A DNA stretch of 64,000 nucleotides, taken from an uncultured Bacteroidia bacterium. GTDB lineage: Bacteria > CAIWAD01 > BS150m-G50. Position numbers and translations under genes: made by a program. The stretch covers positions 7,518 to 71,517 of the forward strand of contig CAZFEC010000001.1 of assembly GCA_964517435.1 (NCBI GenBank), read 5' to 3'. Below, one piece after another: positions 56,428-64,000 of this stretch (its first letter is position 1; each line of letters opens with the position of its first letter). The notes under the pieces are model-generated. The model was not told where the DNA came from, made no database searches, and was given only the letters and a program-made list of their open reading frames with translations.

Positions 56428-59034
56428 ATGCGACGCGACCCTGCAAAACAGATGGAATCCAGCTTGACGGAACACCCTGCCCTTTGCCTCGCCGATAAGT
56501 TCTACCAGCTTTCCTTCCCTTCATTCCTTTCAGCTGTAAATCGTGTCACAACCTTTGCTATCTCTATAATTATCATTCTGTTGGGACTGCTGCCGTTCTG
56601 TCCACCTGCTTTCTCGCAAACCGAGGGTGCTCAGACCGACAGCATCTACGCCGTCAACCTCCTGCCGGTCGCTGACTGGCAGTTCGTTGCCGATAGTAAA
56701 GCTGCGGGTGATGAAGGCAAATCTGTTTCACTTCCCTTTATCCTTTTAGACGGATTGGCGCAACAGTTCAATCTCAGTTGCGAGTTCTCGCTTCCGCCGG
56801 ACAGCAACCGTATCTACCTGCTACGATTCGACGGCATCAATCACGCCTGCCGCATCACTATCAACGATCGCTTTCTCCACAGTCACGCCCTGGGCAACGC
56901 CCCATTCCAACTGGAAATCCCGGGTGAAATGCTGCGTCTGGGAGAGTCCAATGAACTGCGACTGAACATCGACAACTACCTAGACTACAAGCGTACAGTC
57001 CCTTCCCTGAGCGGCAACCAGCAACCCCGCAATGAAACCGGTCTCATACGCACTGTCGAACTGCTGTCGATGTCGGAGGTATACATCAGTGCCATCGAGC
57101 TGTTCCAGGAGCCGCTGTCCCGGGACCGCCGCCGGCTGGAAGCGCGGGTGACCCTGCGCAATGGAGCAACTGCCGTCGGTCTGGCGCCGGCCGTTGAATA
57201 CCAGATCACGCTGGAAGTGGAGGGCAGATCCACGCGCCTGACTGTGCCGCTGCACCCGCAGTCGACCGCGGTCAGCAGTCTGGAGTTGACCCTGCGCGAT
57301 GTGCCGACCTGGAGTATCAGCGAGCCGCGACTGGTGCCGGTGCGGTTCATTCTACACGATCCGGACGGCGTCCGACTGGATCAACGCTCGTTCGCTTACG
57401 GTTTTCGCGATCTGGAGGTGAACGAAGGTGAGCTGCAACTCAACCGGGAACCGTTCGAGTTGCAGGGGCTGGTCTACCATCTCGATGGCGAGGCGGGACA
57501 GCTGCTGACGGAACAGCAGCTGACCAATGATGTGGAGCTGATCAAGAATCTGGGTTTCAACACGATCCTGCTCCAGGGATCCTGCGCGCCGCGCGAACTG
57601 CTGAGAGTCTGCGATCGCAGCGGGCTTTTCGTGATCGACAACCTGCCGGTCGAGCACCCCACCCGTGCGCAGCTGCAGAGTGAGCCGTTCAATCAGGCGG
57701 CGGCGGCCTACCTGGTGTCGCTGCTGGAGCGGGATTGCAGCCATCCCTCCCTGCTGGCGCTGAACCTGCTTACCGGTGGTCAGCTGGGCACTGAGGCCAC
57801 GGAAACCTACCTGGCACAGCTGGCCGCGGTCCTGCCGGATCGGGCGCCCTTGACCGCCGGGCGTTTCATCACCGTCACCCACGCGCCGGGTCCCTTTCCC
57901 GCTTTGCTGTTTCTGGACGGACGGCAACCGATGGCGGAATTGGCACTGCAACCGGATCAGGTGTGGTTGGCGGGCGGCATCGGCCTGCTGGCGGAGGCGG
58001 ACAACCGCACCGGTTACGCCGATCCCTTTTCGGAGATCCATCAGGCGCACGCACTCGATCTGCTGTTACAGGAATATGCCGCCAGCGTGGGCTACGCCGG
58101 CCTGCTGCTGCACAGTTTCTCCGACTGGCACACCGCCCATCCGCTGCTCTGGGGCACCGATCCGCGCGATCTCAGCCTGCGGACGGACGGGCTCTACACC
58201 ATCGACCGTCAGGAGAAAATCGCCGCCCGGGTGGTGCATTCCCATCTCACCAGCGCCGCGCTGCCACCCCTGACCCGCGGCGATTACCAGGCTACCACTC
58301 CGATCTGGCCGGCGATCATTCCCCTCCTGCTGCTGCTCTTCCTGGTGATCGCCATGAAGCACAACAACATCCTGGCGCTCAATCTCAAACGCTCCCTGGT
58401 CCATGTCGAGGGTTTTTATCTCGACATCCAGGCCCGCCGCATTCAGCAACAGGGCCAGGGAATCTTCATTGCGCTGATCAACAGCCTGATGCTGGCTTCG
58501 CTTCTGGCGGTCACCTTCTACTTCTTCCGCAAGAACCTGCTCTTCGACGAGATCCTGACCCTGCTCATGCCGTACGCCGGTTTCAAGACCCTTTTCATAC
58601 GCCTGAGCTGGCAACCGCTCCTGATGGCGCTCTACAGCGGCCTGGTTCTCTTCCTGCTGCAGTGGATCACCGGTCTGCTTCTCTTTCTGCTGGGGCTCAT
58701 CTTCGGCAGCACCACGACGCTGCGGCAGATCCTGCAGTACCTCTTCTGGTCGGCCGCACCCCTGCTCTTCCTGCTCCCGGTCGCGGTGGCCGCCGGTCAC
58801 CTGCTGGCGATTTCAAGCGGTACGGTCATCCTGCTGCTGTTGCTGGCGATCTTCGCGCTCTGGCACCTGGTACGCCTCTACCGGATCTCGCATTTCGCCT
58901 ACCCCGCCCATCACGGCAAGGTGATCGCGGTACTGCTGGTGCTGTTGGTGCTGCTACTCGCGGGATTCTTCTTCTACTACGAAACCGGCCTGGCTTTCAC
59001 CGACCGACTGCGGTATCTGTTGGGGGTGTATTGA
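56428..59034 (+). CDS. Membrane protein with an N-terminal GH2-like (beta-galactosidase-fold) extracytoplasmic domain and a C-terminal Yip1-like polytopic membrane domain
   Basis: Signal/anchor helix, then a GH2 sugar-binding jelly-roll (YLLRFDGINHACRITINDRFLHSHALGNAPFQLEIPGEMLRLGESNELRLNIDN), an Ig-like sandwich and a TIM-barrel start (LNREPFELQGLVYHLDGEAG...NLGFNTILLQGSCAPRELLRVCDRSGLFVIDNLPVE). The canonical acid/base NE motif is not evident (HPSLLALNLLTGG). The C-terminal ~280 aa are 5-6 Leu-rich TM helices. Confidence 0.55.
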   Translation: MRRDPAKQMESSLTEHPALCLADKFYQLSFPSFLSAVNRVTTFAISIIIILLGLLPFCPPAFSQTEGAQTDSIYAVNLLPVADWQFVADSKAAGDEGKSVSLPFILLDGLAQQFNLSCEFSLPPDSNRIYLLRFDGINHACRITINDRFLHSHALGNAPFQLEIPGEMLRLGESNELRLNIDNYLDYKRTVPSLSGNQQPRNETGLIRTVELLSMSEVYISAIELFQEPLSRDRRRLEARVTLRNGATAVGLAPAVEYQITLEVEGRSTRLTVPLHPQSTAVSSLELTLRDVPTWSISEPRLVPVRFILHDPDGVRLDQRSFAYGFRDLEVNEGELQLNREPFELQGLVYHLDGEAGQLLTEQQLTNDVELIKNLGFNTILLQGSCAPRELLRVCDRSGLFVIDNLPVEHPTRAQLQSEPFNQAAAAYLVSLLERDCSHPSLLALNLLTGGQLGTEATETYLAQLAAVLPDRAPLTAGRFITVTHAPGPFPALLFLDGRQPMAELALQPDQVWLAGGIGLLAEADNRTGYADPFSEIHQAHALDLLLQEYAASVGYAGLLLHSFSDWHTAHPLLWGTDPRDLSLRTDGLYTIDRQEKIAARVVHSHLTSAALPPLTRGDYQATTPIWPAIIPLLLLLFLVIAMKHNNILALNLKRSLVHVEGFYLDIQARRIQQQGQGIFIALINSLMLASLLAVTFYFFRKNLLFDEILTLLMPYAGFKTLFIRLSWQPLLMALYSGLVLFLLQWITGLLLFLLGLIFGSTTTLRQILQYLFWSAAPLLFLLPVAVAAGHLLAISSGTVILLLLLAIFALWHLVRLYRISHFAYPAHHGKVIAVLLVLLVLLLAGFFFYYETGLAFTDRLRYLLGVY

Positions 59035-59154
59035 GAAAGAAGATAGAAGACAGGAGACAGAAGGTGAAGCTATTGCCTGGATCATAGTAGCGTTGAATCG
59101 CTAACTGTGATCACATTCTGTCTTCTGTCTCCTACATTCTATCTTCTTGTCATG

Positions 59155-60597
59155 CTACTTGATTCCCACCTCGATATTGCGGAACCGCGCCGGCGAGGAG
59201 GCGTGTGTCATCTCGGCGGTCTGGCCCGGCTGTCCCTTGCCGCAGTTGTCTACGCCGTGCAGCTCCCAATACTTGTAGTTGCAGATCGCGTCGCAGGAGT
59301 TCCAGAATTCAGGCGTGATTGACTGGTAGTTCGGGTTCTTGAGAATCTGTCCCAGCTTTCCACCCTTGACTTCGCGTGCCAGCTCGCATCCGAACTGGAA
59401 GTTGAGCCGCTCCTGGTCGATCGACCAGGACTTGTTAGTCTCCATGTAAATGGCGCCATCGGAGTCGGCGAGCATATCGTCCCATTCCCAGTCACCCGGC
59501 ATCAGGCTCAGATTACAGATACGGGTGATCGGCAGATGGAACCAGCCCTCCGCCCGGTTGGAACCCTGACTACGCTCCAGGCCGATCTGTGCGGCCAGTT
59601 CGCGGTTGGTCATGTAGCCGCGGAGGGTCCCCTCCTGCACGATGTGCCAGCGTTGCGCCTTGACGCCGTCGTCGTCGTAGCCGGCCGTGGCCAGGCCGCC
59701 CGGGAGGGTAGCGTCCGCCACCAGGTTAACGATTTCCGCGCCGTAGCGGAAGTTGTTCAGCTTCTCAGTCGTGGCGAAGGAGGTGCCGGCGTAGTTGGCT
59801 TCATAACCCAGCACGCGATCCAGCTCGGTGGCGTGACCGACCGATTCGTGGATCTGCAGAACCAGCTGGCTGGGGTGCAGGATCAGATCGCGGCGACCGG
59901 AAGGAACGACAGGCGCCGTCAACAGGGCGATCGCCTCTTCGCGAATGCGTTCAGCGTTGGCCAGCAGCGGCAGTGACCGCACGAATTCGTAGCCGGCAGC
60001 CATGTAGTTGCCGCCATGCGTGCCGGGCCAGGAACGGATCTGCATGTCGTCGTTGCCGACCGCGGTGGCGGAATAACCGACGCCGCTGCGCAGCAACACC
60101 TGTTCGATATCCGCCCCTTCACTGTTGAGATAATGTTGATGTTCGCGTCGGAAGGACATGCGCCCTTCCGCAACCTTGATTCTGTCGTCGACCCGCAGGA
60201 TCGCGTCGATCTCCAGCAGCAACTCCAGCTTCTCCTCGAGGGGAACGGTGAAGGGATCCTCCTGGTAGGGAGTCTGCCAGAAATCGTGATGCGGCGGTTC
60301 CGGAGCCAGCTGTACCCGCTCGCGATTGAAGGCGGACGCCGCCCTGGCAGTTGCTACCGCCGACGCCGTGGTCTGCTCGATATCGCCCGTGCCGAACAGG
60401 TTGTTGGAAGCGAAACCCCAGGCGCCCCCGACCAGGACGCGGATGCCGTAACCGAGGCTCTCGTTGACGACATGGCCGCCGACCTGACCGTTGCGGGTGA
60501 GGATACCTTCGTTGCGGATATCGATGACGCGTACGTCGACCCAGTCCGCTCCCTGTGCCAGTGCACTGTCCAGGGCTAACTTGGCATGGTCTCTCAT
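59155..60597 (-). CDS. tldD: Metalloprotease TldD
   Basis: TldD/PmbA fold with the TldD-specific HESVGHATELD metal-binding motif; 480 aa. Confidence 0.85.
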   Translation of the reverse strand: MRDHAKLALDSALAQGADWVDVRVIDIRNEGILTRNGQVGGHVVNESLGYGIRVLVGGAWGFASNNLFGTGDIEQTTASAVATARAASAFNRERVQLAPEPPHHDFWQTPYQEDPFTVPLEEKLELLLEIDAILRVDDRIKVAEGRMSFRREHQHYLNSEGADIEQVLLRSGVGYSATAVGNDDMQIRSWPGTHGGNYMAAGYEFVRSLPLLANAERIREEAIALLTAPVVPSGRRDLILHPSQLVLQIHESVGHATELDRVLGYEANYAGTSFATTEKLNNFRYGAEIVNLVADATLPGGLATAGYDDDGVKAQRWHIVQEGTLRGYMTNRELAAQIGLERSQGSNRAEGWFHLPITRICNLSLMPGDWEWDDMLADSDGAIYMETNKSWSIDQERLNFQFGCELAREVKGGKLGQILKNPNYQSITPEFWNSCDAICNYKYWELHGVDNCGKGQPGQTAEMTHASSPARFRNIEVGIK

Positions 60598-60607
60598 AGG
60601 ACAGCTC

Positions 60608-61948
60608 CTAGAAGTTGGTGGTGGAAGAGAACTTGAAACCGTTGACCTTCAGCGCGGGGACGATGAAACCGCCCCCGAAAAACGCACTGGCGAGAATCGT
60701 GTCGCGCCCAATCAGTTCGACTGAATTCAACACGCGCAACACCGAATCGGTGAAGCGAAGATTGTGAACCGGATGGGAAATCCTGCCGTCCTCGATAGCG
60801 AAGACGCCGTCCCGTGTCATGCCGGTGATGGACAACTCGCGCGGGTTGACGACGTTGGTGTAGTGGAAATGCGTCACCAGCAGACCCCGGGAGGTGGAGG
60901 CGATCATCTCCTCCAGCGTGGAATCCCCCGGCTGCAGACAGAGGTTGCCGGGATAGCCGCCGCCCGGATTGGGCGCGGGAAAGCCGTGCCCGGTGGATTC
61001 GGTGTCGGCTCGCTTCGCTGTCCGGCGATCATGTGCGACATGACGCAGGATCCCCTGCTCGATAAACGGCAGCGTCCGCTTGGGTAGTCCTTCTCCGTCG
61101 AACGGTGCCGAATTCATGCGGGGATGGAAGGGATCATCCATGATGGTGATGTTCTCGCCGGCGATCTTCTCCCCCAGTTTGCCGGACAGGGGTCCGGTGC
61201 CCTCCAGGTAATCCAGCCCGCCGAAACCGAGCCAGGTGAGGAACAGCAGGAAGTCGGTGACCGCGGCGGGCGGCATCACCACCGTGTATTCCCCCGGTTC
61301 CACCGGTTGCGGTTTATCCGCGCGCAGGCAGATATCGGTTGCCTGGCGGGCCAGCTCCTCCGGCTTGAGGTCCCCGGTGCACTTGGCGTTATCTTCCGCC
61401 CAGCCTGAGACCTCCCCCCTGGCCACCGTGATGGAGAACTCCGCTTCTGTGGCGGCGTGATAGTGGAACATCCCGGCGGAGTTGCCGATGGCGTACTGGG
61501 AATGGGAGGTGCTGTAGATGCCGGCTCCCTCCAGGCCCTGCTCCGGCAGCCCCTGCAGTGCGGCGGCGATTGCCTCCGCCTTGGCGGTCGGGGTAAGGGT
61601 CACGGTCGCCTCATCCACCTGAGGTTGTTCCGCGATTTCGATCTGTTCCTGCAGCGGCAGGCACTCCGGGTCAGCCTTCTGCACCTTGGCGGAGGCGGCG
61701 GCCGCGGCGATAGCACGCGCGAGCGATTCGCGGTCGAAGCGTCCGGTGTTGACGACGCCGTTCCTGCCGTCCAGCAGCACGCGGATGGTGAGACTGCTCT
61801 CGCCCTGCGAGATGTTCTGTCGGATTTCGTTGTTGGCGAAACGGGACAATCCCTCGTTTTCGCTGGAGTAGACCAGCTCTACCTGTTGACCGGCGGCCAG
61901 GTCGATAACCTGCTCCAGCAGTTCCTGCACCTCGTCTCGGCTTTTCAT
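60608..61948 (-). CDS. pmbA: Metalloprotease PmbA (TldE)
   Basis: TldD/PmbA family paralogue (446 aa) lacking the HExxxH-like motif, directly downstream of tldD on the same strand. Confidence 0.8.
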   Translation of the reverse strand: MKSRDEVQELLEQVIDLAAGQQVELVYSSENEGLSRFANNEIRQNISQGESSLTIRVLLDGRNGVVNTGRFDRESLARAIAAAAASAKVQKADPECLPLQEQIEIAEQPQVDEATVTLTPTAKAEAIAAALQGLPEQGLEGAGIYSTSHSQYAIGNSAGMFHYHAATEAEFSITVARGEVSGWAEDNAKCTGDLKPEELARQATDICLRADKPQPVEPGEYTVVMPPAAVTDFLLFLTWLGFGGLDYLEGTGPLSGKLGEKIAGENITIMDDPFHPRMNSAPFDGEGLPKRTLPFIEQGILRHVAHDRRTAKRADTESTGHGFPAPNPGGGYPGNLCLQPGDSTLEEMIASTSRGLLVTHFHYTNVVNPRELSITGMTRDGVFAIEDGRISHPVHNLRFTDSVLRVLNSVELIGRDTILASAFFGGGFIVPALKVNGFKFSSTTNF

Positions 61949-61961
61949 ATGCAGCTCCGGT

Positions 61962-63374
61962 TTATTCGCGTTCGTTGTTTTCCAGTTGCCGGCGATAGGC
62001 CGCGGCCCGCCGGCGCATTATTTCAGCTTCCTCCGGGTCCAGCTCCTCCAGAACGATGACGATGTGATCCAGGATCTCCAGCTGTTCCGGCGACAGGCGT
62101 AGTGCCTGCTGGAGGTAGGCCAGCGCCTTTTCCGGTTCTCCCCGCCGGTAGTGGATCCAGCCGATGGTGTCCAGAAACGAGGGATTCTCCGGCTCGATTT
62201 CCAGCGAAAGGCGCGAATAATGCAGCGCCTCGTCGAGTTCCGTTTCGGAAACGGCGGTCGAGTCATCCACCAGCAGGTAGGCATAGTTGTTCATCAGGGT
62301 GGCGTCTTCCAGCTCCATATCGATCAGCAGGTAGCGGAAGTGCGCCAGGGCTTTGGCTCTGTAGCCGGCATGGCGCTGATAGAATTCGCTCAGATAGAAA
62401 TCGGCGGTCAACTCGTCGGTTAACTCGCGCAGCTCGAGCAGCAGCTCTTCCGCCGCTGCCAGACTGTCGCGCGCTTCCTCCAGCGTGGCCAGCTCCAGCA
62501 TCAACTCCGGTTGCAGCGGAAAGCGCTCCAGCCCCTCCACCAGGGTGAGATAGGCGGCGCTGTCGTCGTCGAGCGAATTGCGCTGGAAGTAGGCCAGCGA
62601 ATACCAGGCTTCCACCCGGTCCTGATTGGCGGCACAGGCCCGCAGCAGCAGCTTTGCGGCCGCGGGCAGGCGCTCCGCCCTCAACAGCAGGTCGGTCTGC
62701 AGGAGCTGCAGGTGGAACGCGGCGGGTTGCTCCCCGCCAAGCCGGCGGAGGAAGGCCAACTCCCGATCGACGCTTTCCCGTTCCTCGACCAACCGATGAT
62801 AGACGGTGAGTATTTCCACCTCGGGCAGGTAACCCCGCGCCAGAAAGCGGTGGAAGACTTCCAGAAAGGCGTCCCCGTCAGCCTTGACGGCGTAGAGTTC
62901 CAACAGGAGGGAGAGCAACTCCTCTTCACCGTAGTCGGGATCGTTCCGTTCCTCCTCCGTCATCGCGTTCAGCAGGAACTCGATCTGACCGATGGTGGCC
63001 GGCAGGTCGCCCAGGTGGTGGTAGACGATGGCCAGCCGGGAGCGCAGTTGGTGGTTCAGCGGTTCCCGGTGCAGCACGAACCGGGTGTGCTTGATAAAAC
63101 TCTCGTATTCGCCCAGCCGCAGGTAGTTCTCCGCCAGGGCGCGGCGGATCTCCACCGAGGTGGAATCATGCAGCAACGCCAGGTTGTACTCGTAGACGGC
63201 GCGGCGGGGATCCCGCAGGCTTTCCTGCCAGGCGCCCCGGACTACATGCTTCAGCGCTTCTTTCTGCAACTGGACCGGTTCCGCCGGAGCCGGCGGCCGT
63301 TGCAGGAGGGGTGAACATCCGGACAGCCAGAACAGCAGGAAGGCGAAGAGGGGGATGACAAAGCGGTGCATCAA
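61962..63374 (-). CDS. Tetratricopeptide-repeat lipoprotein
   Basis: Lipoprotein signal (FAFLLFWLSGCSP) followed by multiple TPR-like helical repeats (W/LG/Y/A/F/A/P positions). Confidence 0.7.
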   Translation of the reverse strand: MMHRFVIPLFAFLLFWLSGCSPLLQRPPAPAEPVQLQKEALKHVVRGAWQESLRDPRRAVYEYNLALLHDSTSVEIRRALAENYLRLGEYESFIKHTRFVLHREPLNHQLRSRLAIVYHHLGDLPATIGQIEFLLNAMTEEERNDPDYGEEELLSLLLELYAVKADGDAFLEVFHRFLARGYLPEVEILTVYHRLVEERESVDRELAFLRRLGGEQPAAFHLQLLQTDLLLRAERLPAAAKLLLRACAANQDRVEAWYSLAYFQRNSLDDDSAAYLTLVEGLERFPLQPELMLELATLEEARDSLAAAEELLLELRELTDELTADFYLSEFYQRHAGYRAKALAHFRYLLIDMELEDATLMNNYAYLLVDDSTAVSETELDEALHYSRLSLEIEPENPSFLDTIGWIHYRRGEPEKALAYLQQALRLSPEQLEILDHIVIVLEELDPEEAEIMRRRAAAYRRQLENNERE

Positions 63375-64000
63375 TCTCCCCCGATTCCGAACAGGCCGAT
63401 GCGAAGCAGATCGTTGCGCAGCGCAATCAGCATCAGGAAGAGCAACAACACCAGACCGACCTGTTGAATACGGATTTTGAGCGTCAATGAGATCGGCCGT
63501 CTGATCAGCGCTTCGATGGAATTGATGACGATATGACCGCCGTCGAGAACCGGCAACGGCAGCAGGTTGAGAAATCCGATATGCAGGGAGATCACCGCGA
63601 TGAAGGAGAGAAAGGACAGCAGCCCGCTGCGCGCCGCTTCACCCGAGAGCTGCGCGATGAAGATCGGCCCGCCCAGGTCGCCGAGCGAGGCTTCTCCCTT
63701 GATGAGAATGATCACATGGGAAATGGAAAGGCGCAAGAGACTGTAGGATTGTCGCGTCGAGATGGCGATCGCATCCAGCCAGTCGGCGTCGCGCTGATGC
63801 ACCCGGGGCGCGATACCGATCAGACCGACTTCCGTCAGTTCCCCATCGATCAGGATGCGGTCCGGTTCCGGTATCAGGGTGTCGACAAAGACGGCTTCGT
63901 TCCGCTCGATCGTGAGCATGATTTCCCGTCCCGGGTTGGCATGAATGCCGTCACGCAGGTTTTCCCAGTTGTGCAAAGGCGTGTCGTTCAGGCGCAGAAT
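63371..64000 (-). CDS. rseP: RIP zinc metalloprotease RseP (site-2 protease, M50 family), C-terminal part; gene continues past the window end
   Basis: C-terminal M50 region with the conserved LNLLPLPVLDGGH motif and a PDZ-like segment. The minus-strand frame stays open to the window edge. Stop overlaps the TPR gene start. Confidence 0.75.
   Translation of the reverse strand: MLRLNDTPLHNWENLRDGIHANPGREIMLTIERNEAVFVDTLIPEPDRILIDGELTEVGLIGIAPRVHQRDADWLDAIAISTRQSYSLLRLSISHVIILIKGEASLGDLGGPIFIAQLSGEAARSGLLSFLSFIAVISLHIGFLNLLPLPVLDGGHIVINSIEALIRRPISLTLKIRIQQVGLVLLLFLMLIALRNDLLRIGLFGIGGD

Overview
High-GC bacterial chromosomal segment with about 47 protein-coding genes on both strands, tightly packed and often start/stop-coupled. 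No rRNA, tRNA, CRISPR array or obvious transposase genes were recognised. Most genes are core housekeeping: ABC-F ATPase, sppA, TerC-family protein, rlmB, mazG, pccB, alpha-glucan phosphorylase, plsC, rpsA, mtaB, argS, znuACB-like transporter, pabABC, ilvE, ALDH7-like dehydrogenase, rsgA, cdaA, tsaB, tldD/pmbA and rseP. Signalling genes are dense: a hybrid REC-PAS-GAF histidine kinase, two sigma-54 enhancer-binding proteins, a GAF-GGDEF-REC-PAS protein and an HDOD protein. The strongest finding is a candidate selenoprotein at 24683..26776. It is an LVIVD beta-propeller fused to a TlpA/redoxin-like domain and an FN3-like domain, and an in-frame TGA sits exactly at the first Cys of the W-C-x-x-C motif. 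A SECIS-like hairpin with a GGUC apical loop lies 6-34 nt downstream. Directly beside it is a decayed RCK-type K+ channel gene with an in-frame TAG at a conserved Trp and a likely 3' frameshift. Other notable items are a 1051-aa lamin-tail-domain (LTD) secreted repeat protein preceded by an AT-rich island with a sigma-54-like -24/-12 element, and an SSS transporter / fused aconitase-family hydratase / MmgE-PrpD-family cluster next to a sensor-kinase/EBP/GGDEF operon. Ribosomal protein S1 carries long low-complexity extensions encoded by 24-bp repeats. A GH2-like ectodomain is fused to a Yip1-like membrane domain. Two unusually long non-coding regions (about 0.86 kb and 1.1 kb) contain repeats and hairpins. 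Coordinates of small non-CDS features were derived by hand and may be off by 1-2 nt.
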